Shown here piece by piece: positions 23,557-36,059 of a stretch of DNA of 64,000 nucleotides (position 1 is its first letter; each line of letters opens with the position of its first letter). The stretch lies in assembly GCA_964016885.1 (NCBI GenBank), contig OZ024742.1, positions 190,030,001-190,094,000 of the forward strand. The letters run 5' to 3'. The translations under genes and the position numbers were made by a program. The notes under the pieces are model-generated. The model had not been told where the DNA came from, searched no databases, and saw only the letters and a list, made by a program, of their open reading frames with translations. This DNA comes from Eledone cirrhosa (lineage: Eukaryota).

Positions 23557-23762
23557 TTATTAAAATAATAGATTAAAGTTTAAGCAAAGAATCGCTGCTT
23601 TCACCCTTAAGATCCCGTTAAGGGTGAAAGCAGCGATTCTTTGCTTAAACTTTAATCTGTTATTTTAATAAATTTTTGCTCTACGGTTCTTATATATTTG
23701 ATATATATTTATCCTTATCGAGCCCTCTTTGGATTTTAGTCTTCAAATTTATTATTATTACT
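23555..23762. mobile_element. (TA)n-embedded fold-back element, family B (related pieces at ~50141-50198 and ~63519-63602)
   Basis: 56-bp arms at 23555-23610 and 23618-23673 with 1 mismatch and a 7-nt loop; TA repeats on both sides. Confidence 0.85.
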
Positions 23763-24461
23763 ATATATATATATATATATAGTAAAAATAACGGAGAAAA
23801 AGACTCGCGTATAATCCTGTAATTAAATAGTTTTCCTGGGCACTTTAAAATACAATATATAGAGGGGAAAGACAGAAGAGTGTGTTTTTTTCATTCCTGT
23901 AATGAAAAACACACTCTTCTGTGTCTTTCCCCTTTACATATATATATATATATATATCATCATCACGTCCGCTTTTCCATGTTTGCATGGGTTGGACTAT
24001 ATATATAAACAAGTATATCGATGGAAAAATCAACTTCTATCATTTAAAGAAACATTTATTTCCTTACTCATGTTTCGATGAACATCCAATTATTTGAAAT
24101 GTTATATGAAACATTGCGCATAATAAATAAATAAATATATTATGGAATACTGTTGGCTTCTTGCTACAATAATTTCTATACTTTTCATTTATATATATAT
24201 ATATATATATATTCGTTCTTGTCCTTGACACGAGGATTTGTGTCAGTAGTGCATGTGATCAATACATTCTGTTATCTCTCAACTTCTAGTGCACGTAATA
24301 GTGAATAGTAGTTTAGTTTTGTTAATTGGTAATTAATCTCTTTAGGTCAGCCTTGATTGGGCTGACCTATGATGAAAAGCATTCTAACCGTAACCATCAT
24401 GTTTTTTCCCCTCTGTGTAGAGAGAATCCAGGACTATATTATCGACATTATAATTGGTGGA

Positions 24462-24643
24462 TTGGCAGTATCGGTAGAGGGTCGGGCGCCATGCTTTGAA
24501 GCATAGTTACCTCCCTTTATGACCAGAGTTCAAATCCCGCCGAGGTTAACTTTGCCTTTCATCCTTACGGGGTCGATAAAATAAAGTACCAGTAATGCAC
24601 TGGGATAATTGCTGGCCTTGTGCCAAAAGTAGAAATAATTATA
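24462..24643 (+). mobile_element. SINE copy
   Basis: Full head, body and tail. Confidence 0.9.
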
Positions 24644-26977
24644 ATCAATTTCTAAAACAGTAGGGTGTGATTTCAGGGCGATATAGCTGCTATTTCTAGC
24701 AAACTTAGTGACCACGATGAACTCCTACTTTGACAGGACGACAATGAATGTTTCTTGTAGATAGCTTGTTATTGCTATTGTTTAGCCCCCAGGTCAGACT
24801 TAAGTAAGCTGACCTATGATCAAAGGTATTCGTACCATGATCATCATGTAGTTTTCTCATGTGTAGGAATCCGAGACTACATTATCCACAATGTGTTCAT
24901 TTGTAAGACCGTAGGGGGTGATTTGAGGGAGACTTGGCTGCTAATTTCTATCAGCATATTTAAATGAAGTTGTTTAGTCCCACTCAGGTTAGCCATGATT
25001 TCTATCAGCTCCTGTGACCATGAAGAGGTTCCCACATTGACAAGGCATTACATTTGTTATTGTTTAGACCTAGGTAAGCCTTGACTTTGAACCCAGAATA
25101 CTGAGAGCCTGAACATATGCCACAAAACATTTAATAGGAATTAGAGAGAGAGAAACAATGCAACACGTACTCTCATTGATACAACGATAGACTATGAGGT
25201 GTTTATGCGTGAGTGTGTCCCCGTGAAACATATATGTATATACCCCGGGTCTGAACACTAGAGAACAAAACTCTCACTGCCTCTGTCTCTCCCACTCTCC
25301 TCATCTCTCAATATTATGAGCAAATGGGGGCCCACAGGCTTGTTGCCCCGCAGTCCCAGTGGACAGAATGGAAAAGGCGTTTCTTCGGAGGATGTTGAGG
25401 GAGACGCGCTAGAAGAGCTATTTCAGCTCATGACGCTAAACATTTAACCAGACCCTAATGACTCTACTAATTTGCAGCCTTTTTGCTATAATACATAACT
25501 TTTATTCCTCATCTTTAAAATGCTGTAACAGCTAGCAAGTATTTAGCTTTTATATCATTAATTATTTATCTTTTAATTATAACCTAATTAGATGAGCTAA
25601 TTAGGTCATAGCAGTGACTCTTTTACATTTCATGCTGTTTTTCAATACATCCCCTCTTTAAGAGGATTCTTCAGTTGTGTCAAGTACAAGGCAACCTCCC
25701 TAGTGTTGATACCATGTAAAATGCGCCCAGTACACTCTGTAAAAGAAAGGAAAAAAGGGGGTAGGGGAGAAGGTGACAGACTGTACAGCTAGCTAGCAAT
25801 CAGCGACTGTAGGATTGATAAGCTGTGGCATAACTAAAGTGTGTGCTGCCCTTGAATTTGCCTACCACCCCTCAAATATATACAACAGACCCAAAAGTAT
25901 CACCTTGGCTGGACTGTCACTCTTTCATCCTTCTTTAGCTACACTACTGTTCATGGGACCCTTTAGTCCTGCTGAGAACATGACAACTTCTTTAGTGCTG
26001 GTGCCATATTAAATGGGGTCTTTTAGGAACAGCATCCAGCCATAAAAAACACATTCCAAAATATGAATGTAAGTCTTGGTCGTCTGTTCTGTCTTGGAGG
26101 TCTGTAATGACTTGTATAACCCATACTGGTAATGTAAAACAAATGCAAAGTTTGGTGATGATAATGATGATAGTGGTAGTAAAAAACTGATGGTGGTGGT
26201 AAAAAAACTGATGGTGGTAGTAAAAAAACTGATGCTGTTCAAAACTATTAATGTTCTTAATGCCAAACTTTCTGAAACTATTCTTGGTTCTACTATACAA
26301 AACTGTTTGTTTTAAAGAGTTTATATAAAACCTCCCTTCATAATTTCATGTAAAAATCTTTGTTCCAGACACTAGGTAAAAAATGAGAAAATGAGTTATA
26401 TTAGTAAACCCTTCTGAATTCTTTTTTATTTGCAAGATTATTTGAAAATTACAAGTATTTTTTTCATTTAGAAATGCCTCACAAAAAGTTATTTATATAA
26501 AATCTTCCCACAATTTAATGTAGGCTTCAAGTTCTGTTCCAAACACCAAGTAAAAAATGAGAGAAGTAGTTATATTACTAAATCTTTCCAAATTCTTGTT
26601 TATTTTCAAAATATAACAAGTATTATTTATTTATGGAATATATCATGTAAATATAGTTTAATAGAAAAAGAAAGGAAGAAAATTTAGATTGAGAAGAAAG
26701 AATGGAATGAAAATCATAGGCATTGTCTTTCATTAGGTATATGGTAACAAAAGAGCTAAAATGTTTATATTTATATAAAAACCTCCCATAATTTTATGTA
26801 AGAAGCTTTGTTATGTTTCAAACATTAGATAAATAATCAGAATGTTTGTAACTTTTATTAAATCCTTCTAAATACTTAATTACTTCAAATATTATTTGAG
26901 AATCACAGGTAGTGTATTTTCATTAGAAATATAGTAAAGAAAGAATTAATAGTGGTTGCAAAATATGTATATATTTA

Positions 26978-27160
26978 ATAATTGTTTCTACTTTTGGCAC
27001 AAGGCCAGCAATTATCCAGTACATTACTGGTACTTTATTTTATCGACGCCGTAAGGGTGAAAGGCAAAGTTAACCTCTGCGGGATTTGAACTCAGATCAT
27101 AAAGGGACGTAACTCTATGCTTCAAAGCATGGTGTCCGACTCTCTACCAATACTGCCAAT
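26978..27160 (-). mobile_element. SINE copy
   Basis: Full length, reverse orientation. Confidence 0.9.
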
Positions 27161-29618
27161 CCTCTATTTAATGATATTAGCTGCAAATGTTGCAATAAAG
27201 AGAAGTAGGAGGAGAATGGAAGGATGAGGAAGAGATTTAATTAGATGTTTATTTTCTTTTAGATAAGTTTGTTTAGATGATGAATTACACCCACTCACAT
27301 TCTGCACAATGGGGGTTTGTTTTGCCAGTAATTTGGTCTACTTCCTACCCTTCTATTTTGGTTGGAGTTACTGTCAGTCTGTATAGTTTTCTTTCCACAT
27401 CTATTTACACTGATTATTAACCCCTTTGGTTATTTCTTTTAAAAAAATGCTGCCTAATATTTTCAAATCAATTTGAAAATAATAAAAAATTTGGAGGTAT
27501 TTAGTAATATAATTAACTTTTTCGCTATTTAGCTGGTGTTTGGAACATAACTTAATCCTTTAGCATTTAAACTGTTCAGACCAACTGTTCAGACTGGCTG
27601 CTCACACTGATGTATTGTTCTTAAAATAAATAATATAAAAATCTCATTGATTCAATATTATGTGAGATAAAAAATACAATAGTATATATAATGTAAATGT
27701 TAAACGGTTAACAAAGGTTCATACATAAAATTATGATTGAAGGTATTTAGATAAATATTTAAACCCTTCATTAACATAATTTTGATTATTAGCTGGTGTT
27801 GGGAACATAATTTAAAAAAAATTCTTACATAAAATTATAATGGAATATTTTTAGAAAAATTTTTAAACAGTTTTGTATCTTAGAACCAGGTTTTAGATGA
27901 TTTGGTATAAAAAAAAGATTTAAAAGATGTGTGTATGATGGAGAAATGTCAGAATCGTTAGAGCATCAACTGGACCTTGTATTCTGAGTTCAAATCCCAC
28001 TGAGGTCAACATTACCTTTCATTCTTCCAATGTTGTACCACTGTCTAACCCATGCTAGCATGGAAAATAGACGTTAAACGATTCTGATGATGGTGAAATC
28101 ATTAGAGCCTCAGACAGGATACCTTGCAGTATTTGTTCTGAGATCAAATCCTGCTATGCCATGTTTGGGTTACCTAATCCATCGCTCAGTTTAATGCTAC
28201 CAACTGACCCTTGGGTGCCTTTAGTAAACTCTATACTGTTGCAAGCCTTCAAATCAGGTCTCTAGTTTGACTATATCTTCTTCTGTTCCTCTCATCTGTC
28301 TTCCTAATTAAAGGTCATGGCCCTTGCTCTTCCTCCTAATTGTTATTGCTACTGCCCTTTATCCTAAATGTTATGGCCTCTGTCCTTTGCCCTAATGGTC
28401 ATGGTCTCTGCTCTTTGTTTTAACTAAGGCTCATGGACTCTAACTAACCAATACTTAGGTAATTCCCACTTTCTTCTGATAAGTCATTCATATGAGTCAG
28501 TGTTTCCCAACGTTGGTTCCAACGTGCCACAGTGTTCTGCCAAAAATGTTGAGGTTTTGTGAGATAAAGTGTCTTTTAATGAAATTTAATTTAAAAAAAA
28601 ATATGAGATAATTCTTTTCCTTTTCGCTCACTTATTCCTGGGAGTATCATGGAAGCAGAGTCCTCAAACATGTCTTCCAGCAGGTCCTGTCAGAAGCTAC
28701 TGTCTCCAATTGATCTGGCTGGATCCCTAAGTGAGACCATCCAAACTCTTGGATGTTATCCAGCCATCTTGCTCAGTGCCTACCTTTTGTCTCTTGCCAG
28801 TTGGTTTTGCCCATAAAATCTCTCCAGTATTTCTTTCCTGAGACATTTTAACCACATGCCCATAGTATTGGAACTGTGATCTCCCAATTTGGAGAAGTAG
28901 TGGCTCTACCTGGAGTGACTCTGATCTGTGCTAAGCACTCTATTGAGTAACATTACTCCAAAGACCCTTTGGAAGAACCCCATTTTGGCTGCTTGTATTC
29001 ATGATCGTATTCTTTCGGTCATTACCCACGACTCATTACCACAGGTTGGGGTTTGCATGAATACAAAATTGAAGCTAGCGAGTTTAGCTTATATATCTTC
29101 CCCAATTCTGATGGCTGAATACTGAAGCTGACACATTACTGCACTAGATCCTGCAATTCTTGCACTTAATTTAGCCTCTTGCTGTCCATCACTTGTGAAA
29201 AAAATAACACAATTCAAATTTCAAATTTTCTCGATGCTTCTGAAACCAACCCCTTTGTTTACACTTCTAATAAAAATTTATATTCTTTATATATGAATAA
29301 ATTTTCTGCACAATTGTGTATCTGTAGGAAGTAGAAAACCTTGCCACCTACACCATATCTGCTATCCTAACCATATGATACTGCTAATGTTTTAATATGT
29401 CAAACAATGGCAGGTATATAATATAATATATATATCATCATCATTTAACGTCTATCTTCCATGCTAGCATGGGTTAGACGAGAATTGTCCCATTTGAAGT
29501 GACCGTGTCTTGCTCGTATAGGACTGTATATATAATATAATATATATATTTGTATAATATATATAACATATATACATATATACATATATATATTGTTTAT
29601 CCTATTTGCATTCACCCC

Positions 29619-29654
<36 letters not shown>

Positions 29655-30029
29655 CATGCTAGCGTGGAAGATAGACGTTAAACGATGATGATTATAAGAT
29701 GAATATAAAGCTAATAATTTTCCCCCTGAGTCAGCCTCTTTCTAAAGCGTGTCACACATTGTTGTGTCAGTTACTAGGTTTCTGTTGTCTATTCTTTATT
29801 TTACCCTCTGTTCATCTAGGTGACATCCATTATATATTATAAACTGACATCATATATTCAGTTAATTACTATGCCCAACCCATCTACGTATAGACGCTTA
29901 ACAACATAGCCAAATCCCAATTACAGATATAGAATGGTTAAGTAGTGCATGTATCAGAAGTGTGAGACTGTCTGGTAGTCAATAATAAACACTGGTCAAA
30001 TGTATAGTTTAGGCCTCTAGAAATGGTAA

Positions 30030-30325
30030 GTCTCATGTCAGTTGTAAAATATACGTCTTCAAAACTGGTATTGTATCCAGATATAATGTAAACTGTAACC
30101 TCGCCCTCAAAAACAAAACAAAAATGCTGTTTATATATGGAGACCAATTTAAAATGTAGGTCTCCAATGCTGGTAATGTAAAATGTAGCCCTCCAGTTCT
30201 GGTAATAGGTCCAGGCCAGATGTAAAATGTATGTCCCCAAATGCTAGTAATAGATTCAGGCAAAATGTAAAATGTTGGGTCTCCAAAGCTGGTAATAGAC
30301 CCAGGCTAGATGTAAAATGTAAGTA
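30030..30325. repeat. Degenerate ~44-bp minisatellite
   Basis: Recurrent TGTAAAATGT....CTCCA..GCTGGTAATAG..CCAGGC.AGA. Confidence 0.65.
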
Positions 30326-31516
30326 GAGGTCCAAGATAATTTCGTTAAATTAATAGAACATAATTAGTAACAATGATATCAAGAGAATGCTGACAACATT
30401 CTGGCACTCCCCTTTTAATAAGTATGTCATATGGCTGCTGTTGATCCTGGAATGAAATATAACCATTCTTGTGTTCTCTTTTCTCTATCTCTCACTGTTC
30501 CATCTGATTTCTCCTTTGGAAAATCTATACTCTATTATTCTTTTTCATTCATTCTCACTTTCCTGACATTCCCACATTCTTTTATTCTCTCATCACTCTC
30601 TCTATAATATTTATGCGCTTACTCTGGCTGTTTAAGTGTTGGATAAAATACATGGTGATATTTGTTCTCGCTCTGGCTTTCTTTACTCTGAATTCAAATC
30701 CTATCAAGATCCACTTTGCCTTTCATCCTTTCAGGTTAGCAGAGGATGGGGATGGGCATGATTACTTACCATATATACTCAAATATAAGCCAAGGAATAT
30801 GTGACCAAAAAAAATCGATGGTGAAATGGTTGGAGCCTTATATACGCCATCTAAACAGTGTGTTGATTAGCTGCCATTTTGGATTTTTGCTCATTTTTAT
30901 CAAACATAAGATAGGGAGTCAGCTTCTATTCTGATTGGCTTATATTTGAGTATATATGGAAGTACTTGCATAATGCCGGTGTAGCTCTTTTTACCTCCAG
31001 CTGTCACATTCTGGAAATTCCACAGGATCAAGTGTCAGAGTTGAGAGGTCTGCATATGTGTCTGTCACCCTGGCTATATGTCTTCCACTATAGCCTCTTC
31101 CTAACCAATACTGTGAGGAAGCCTGTTATATAGTAGCTAGTTAACTAAGTGTAATCGTAACACAGCTTTCCAGCATATAGACAGATGTGAGTTCACTTCT
31201 CACAGGCAATTATCCACTTTTTTCCACCTCAAGGTCTTATATCTCTGTTTTATTCACAACTATTTTATAATGATAATCCATGTATTATGGTTCTTTGCTC
31301 AATAGCAAAAGCATATCATCATCATTATCATCATCTTTTTATGCTGTCATGGTTTGGCTGGGACGTTTTGAGGCAGTGTTTAACGGCCAGAAGACTCCCC
31401 TGACACTAACCCTTTTAGTCACTCCTTATGGCATGTTGGGATGTGAACTACCTATTCTAAATCAAATAAACACAATCATTGTGTATATATGTATATATAT
31501 ATATATATATATATAA

Positions 31517-32168
31517 GAGGGATCAGATGTTGTTTACTCGAGAGAAGGCTACGTTGGTATGGACACGTGATGCGCATGAAAGTCGATAGCTGTATAACAA
31601 AGTGCAGGGCAATAAAGATAGACGGTAGTCACGGAATAGGCAGACCTAGAAAAACCTGGGACGAGCTGATAAACTCCGACATCACACACTTACACCTCTC
31701 CAAGACAATGTCACTGGACCGAGACCTTTGGCGGTACTCAGTAACAGAGAAGACCCGCCTTACCTAAATATATAGTAAAACCTACTCCAGCCAGTAGGCA
31801 TCTCTAACAAACTACACCCCGTCCCGCCACCACCCCCACCCGATCCACACCACCCCGTTCTATGTAAAGTTATGTTGGTGCCGCGCCATCGAGGCCGAAA
31901 CAAATGAGATCGTGTAGGTGTCACGACAAAAAAACACACAGTCCACGCTGTAATGTGGCCGTGTAGGCAACACGGTAAAAACCTCCCAGACCCACACTGT
32001 AAATGTGGTTGGTGTTAGGAAGGGCATCCAACTGTAGAAAACCTGCCAGACAGTCCTATGCGAGCAAGACAATCACTCTTGCCTCAAGTGGGACTACCCC
32101 CGTCCAAACCCATGCAAGCGTGGAACACGGACGTTAAACGTTGATGATGATGATGATGATGATGATGA
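31517..32168 (+). mobile_element. RTE LINE 3' end with (GAT)n tail
   Basis: RGIRCC..ERRLRWYGHVMR..GRPRKTW..DRDLWR; tail GATGATGATG. Confidence 0.9.
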
Positions 32169-32248
32169 TATACAAATGGAAGTACAGCATAATCGAAGCT
32201 CTGGCTGCAGCTAAGCTAACGAATGCAATCGGAATGTGCAGATATATA

Positions 32249-32905
32249 TCATCATCATCGTTTAATGTCCATCTTCCATGCTAGCATGTGTTAGATGGTT
32301 TTGTTTCATTTGATGTGAGAATGGTCGGGAGACCATGTCTCACTCGTACGGAAGTGTCTCTGGCAGGATTTTTTACAGCTGGATGCCCTTCCTAACACCA
32401 ACCACATTTACAGTGTGGACTGGGAGCCTTTTTACTGTGTCTCCTACATGGCCACCTTACAGTGTGGACTATTGTGTCATTGACACAGTGAATGGAACGG
32501 AAAAGGGAGGATGGGCGTGGGGTGTACATTGGCTTAAGAGGTGCCTACTGACTGTAGGTTTGTATGCAATGGCAGTCAGGTCTTCTGTACAACTGCATGG
32601 TGTCAAAGATCTTGATCCAGTATCATTGTATTAGGGAGGTGTAAGTGAGCAGTGTCAGGTTTTATCACCTCGTCTCAGGTTTTACTTGGTCTACCCATTC
32701 CGTAGCTTCCATCAATTTTCATTGTTCTGCACTTTTCTATACAGTTGTCGTCCTTCATACGCATCACATGGCCATACCAATGCAATCTCCTCTTCAGAAC
32801 ACAACATTTGATAGCGCTTATGCTTAGTCTCTCTCTCAATTCGTTTATGCTTCGCTGTTCACGCACATTATTATTACACATCCATTGGAGCATGCAAGCT
32901 TCATT
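32249..32905 (-). mobile_element. RTE LINE 3' end, inverted relative to the 31517 copy
   Basis: MLQWMC..ELRERLSI..RLHWYGHVMR..GRP. Confidence 0.88.
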
Positions 32906-33667
32906 TTCTTTCTAGTCTAACTATCTGTAATACAAACTTATAGTAACATGACAAAAGAACACCTAACCCTCACAGCAAAAGCATCCAGTCCACACTGTGT
33001 ACAGGTCATTTTGGAACCGTGACAAAAATGCCCAGCCCACACTGTAAAGTGGTTGACGTTAGGAAGGGCCTCCAGCCATAGAAACCAAGCCAGAAACAGT
33101 TGTGTGAGCAAGACATGGTCTTCTGAATTGACTTGTCTTACAATGGGACAATTTGTCTAACCCATGCTAGCATGGAAAAATAGACATCAAATGGGGGTGA
33201 TGATGATGGTATATATATATATGTGTGTGTTTGTCTCTTCTCTTTGCCTTAAACATTACAATCAATGATATTCATATATATTCTGCATAAAAAAGATTCT
33301 TCTCATTGGTTAGACATTTGAAGATCTGTACTGTATTTAAAAAATAAAATAATCATGTGGAGGGTTGCATGTTGACGTCAGGAAGGGAAAACAACCAGTG
33401 AGTTATGCTCAAAAATATTTCATCCAACCCACAACATGAGGCAAAGTGCAAATAAGAGCAGCAGCTACAAACTCCCCTTTGCATCAATGGCCAACCAGGG
33501 AAGGCTCGCTATAGAAAGTGTAGCATGAATGGCAGTGCCCCAGCATGGCCTCAGCCCTTTAGTTGGAACACGTAATAGAGTAATAGTCCAATCCAAGCCT
33601 GCATGGAAAATAAATGTAAAACTGATATTGATTATGCAGAGTATCTTCCTTAATATTGTTCTTTCAG

Positions 33668-33734
33668 GGGTAAGAATGCAGATGCCTTGATTCACATCCT
33701 TAATAACCCACTTGCTGACACAAAAACTTCCAGG
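33668..33734 (+). CDS. ARPC5: ARPC5 coding exon 2 (GKNADALIHILNNPLADTKTSR)
   Basis: Preceded by a U12 branch site and ctttcag, followed by gtaagt. Aligns to vertebrate GNMTAALQAALKNPPINTK, and the phase is compatible with both neighbours. Confidence 0.85.
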
Positions 33735-33764
33735 GTAAGTAGTAGTAATATGTATTTATTTGTA

Positions 33765-33983
33765 TTAACCCTTTAGCATTTACATTACTCTATATTTTCT
33801 ATTGTATTTTCATAGCAAACACTTCATTTCACATAAATATCTCACATAATATCGAATCTATATGATTTCGAGATTATTTATTTTGAGAACAATACCTTAA
33901 CATTAGTGTGAGCAGCCAGTTACGGCCAGTTTGAACAGAAAGAGGTGAGAGAATTATGGCTGGTTTAAATGCTAATGAGTTAA
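33765..33983. mobile_element. piggyBac-type MITE with TTAA ends (related copy at ~54410-54620)
   Basis: TTAA-CCCTTTAGCATTTA ... TAAATGCTAATGAG-TTAA; begins 30 nt after the ARPC5 exon 2 donor. Confidence 0.75.
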
Positions 33984-34999
33984 AGATTAAAGTAAATAGC
34001 ACAGATTTGGACACTGTTGTTGATGTTGTTGTACATGCTTGATTTCTTAACACAGACAGTCCCCCCAAGTTAATTATAATCTTTCATTAGTATACAGCAG
34101 TCCATTCCTTCTTGCAAGGATAAGCTTATTGTAGGTGTTGAATAATGCAACTGACCAGTTAATGCTACCAAGCTAACATGATGCTCACTGACATTTTTAT
34201 CAACTTGCCTTGCTTTAGGGGTTGGGAGTTTGTAAGTGGGCTCGATTCCTGGACTGGGTGGCATGTGTTCTTAAGTGAAATGCTTCATGTTACTCTAGTC
34301 CACTCAGCTGAAAATGAGGACCAACTGTGTGTCATCTTAGGCAAGTGTCTTCTGCTATAGCCTTGACTTAACCGATGCCTTATGAGTTGAAGTTGGTAGA
34401 TGGAAAATGTGTAGTAATTCACTGTATGTATAAAGTAAATAAATTTACAACTTGGACCCTAGATAGGAGGGTACTTCTCATAGTTTAAATGGTTGGGTCT
34501 CCCAGTCATGTCATGAAAAGCAGTTTGAAATGAAGAATCATGCTCAAAAATACAGCCCAACACCCAGTCTGGAAATCAAAACCATAACATTATGCTGTGC
34601 TGAGAAAAACTTGTCCAATCCATGCAGGCATGGAAAAATGGACGTAAAAATGATGATGATGATATGATCATGAGCCTAAAACTAATTACTCAGCCACATG
34701 CCTTCACCCATATGTGTGTGTTTGTATCTCTTTTTACTGTTTATTTATGTCCCGTATCATAGCAATTCAACCATCAAAGATTCATGTAATAAGTACCACG
34801 CTTTTAAATAAACCATGCGGTTAATATCTTCGATTATATCCCTTGAAGATGGTGCTTCAGCATGGTCAAAGTCTAATGACAGAAACCAGTAAAAGAATAA
34901 TTAAATATGGCCAATTAATTAACACTTCTGATTCTATGATACTAATCTGTTTATTTTATCCAAACTTCATCCATTATTCTATGTTAGAACTTCTATGTT

Positions 35000-35158
35000 A
35001 GGACGCCATGCTTTCTAGCATAGTTACGTCCCTTTACAGTCTGAGTTCAAATCCCGCCGAGGTTAACTTTGCCTTTCATCCTTACGGGGTTGATAAAATA
35101 AAGTACCAGTAATGTACTGGGTAATTGCTGGCCTTGTGCCTAAAGTAGAAACAATTAT
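35000..35158 (+). mobile_element. 5'-truncated SINE copy
   Basis: SINE body; ATTATTCTATGTTAGAACTT occurs on both sides. Confidence 0.88.
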
Positions 35159-35843
35159 TCTATGTTAGAACTTTTATGATCCAAACATTAAATAAATAAT
35201 GAGAAAATTAGTTACATTAAGAAGTCTTTCCAAATTCTTAATTATTTTTCAAAGAGATTTGAAAATCATAGGCAATGCCTTTAATTAGAAATATGTTAGG
35301 GAAATGGTTAACCAAAAGGTAAGGAGACTTATCATGTTAAAGGGCTGCTTTAAGTTACTTGTAATATAATAAGGCTGCATTCAAGAAACCATAATTATAT
35401 ATTCTTAAAATCTACATTATTTTGTAAGAATCTAATTACCTAAATTTTAAAGGTAACTACCTTTTAATGACTTTGTTGTGACTGCTTATTGGAGGAAAGC
35501 ATTTTGATATTTGGTTGCAACATGGAGGTCTGAAATTTCAACTGAACTTCTAGATGAGCATTCACCATTTGTGATCTCAAAGGCATCTTGATTTTGGTTA
35601 GGTAGGAGAATGTAGATTCACAGCAATAAGTGGTTGAAAAGCATGAGAGTATTTTTCGTGCATGTTACCGAAGGTATGGGTATTCTATTGCATTTTTCAA
35701 TATCTCAATTGGATCTTACTTAGCATCAAATAAAGCCACACAGAATGGCATTGAAGGCTGCATGCAGCCTTAAGGCCACAGGTTCCCCATCTCTGGGTTA
35801 ACCTGAAGTCTGTAATATCTTTTCTTTATTTTTATTTTGATAG

Positions 35844-36020
35844 GACAAAACTTCCCAACTGACAACGAAAGTTCTCACATCATTCCGAGGCAATGATATA
35901 GACACGGCAGTGGATGGTCTGACTTCAGTACAGATTGACATGTTGATGAAATACATTTATATAGGTTTTGAGTTCTTCTCAGAAGGTAGCAGTGCCATAT
36001 TGTTGACATGGCACGAAAAG
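35844..36020 (+). CDS. ARPC5: ARPC5 coding exon 3 (DKTSQLTTKVLTSF...LLTWHEK)
   Basis: Acceptor ttgatag, donor gtaagc, 177 nt; contains the signatures DMLMKYIYIGFE and [11 protein letters not shown]. Confidence 0.97.
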
Positions 36021-36059
36021 GTAAGCAATTTGTCTCCCTTTTGTTTTATTGTTGTTGTT

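Larger units (their letters stand above)
20572..33667 (+). other. U12-type (minor spliceosome) GT-AG intron 1 of ARPC5
   Basis: Donor GTATCCTC (consensus RTATCCTT); branch site TTCCTTAAT at 33646-33654 (consensus TTCCTTRAY), ending 13 nt before the exon. Confidence 0.88.

Noticed and set aside
26178-26237. 21-bp x3 repeat giving HHQFF/TTTISFF ORFs
   Set aside because: Tiny intronic slippage repeat with no splice or homology support.
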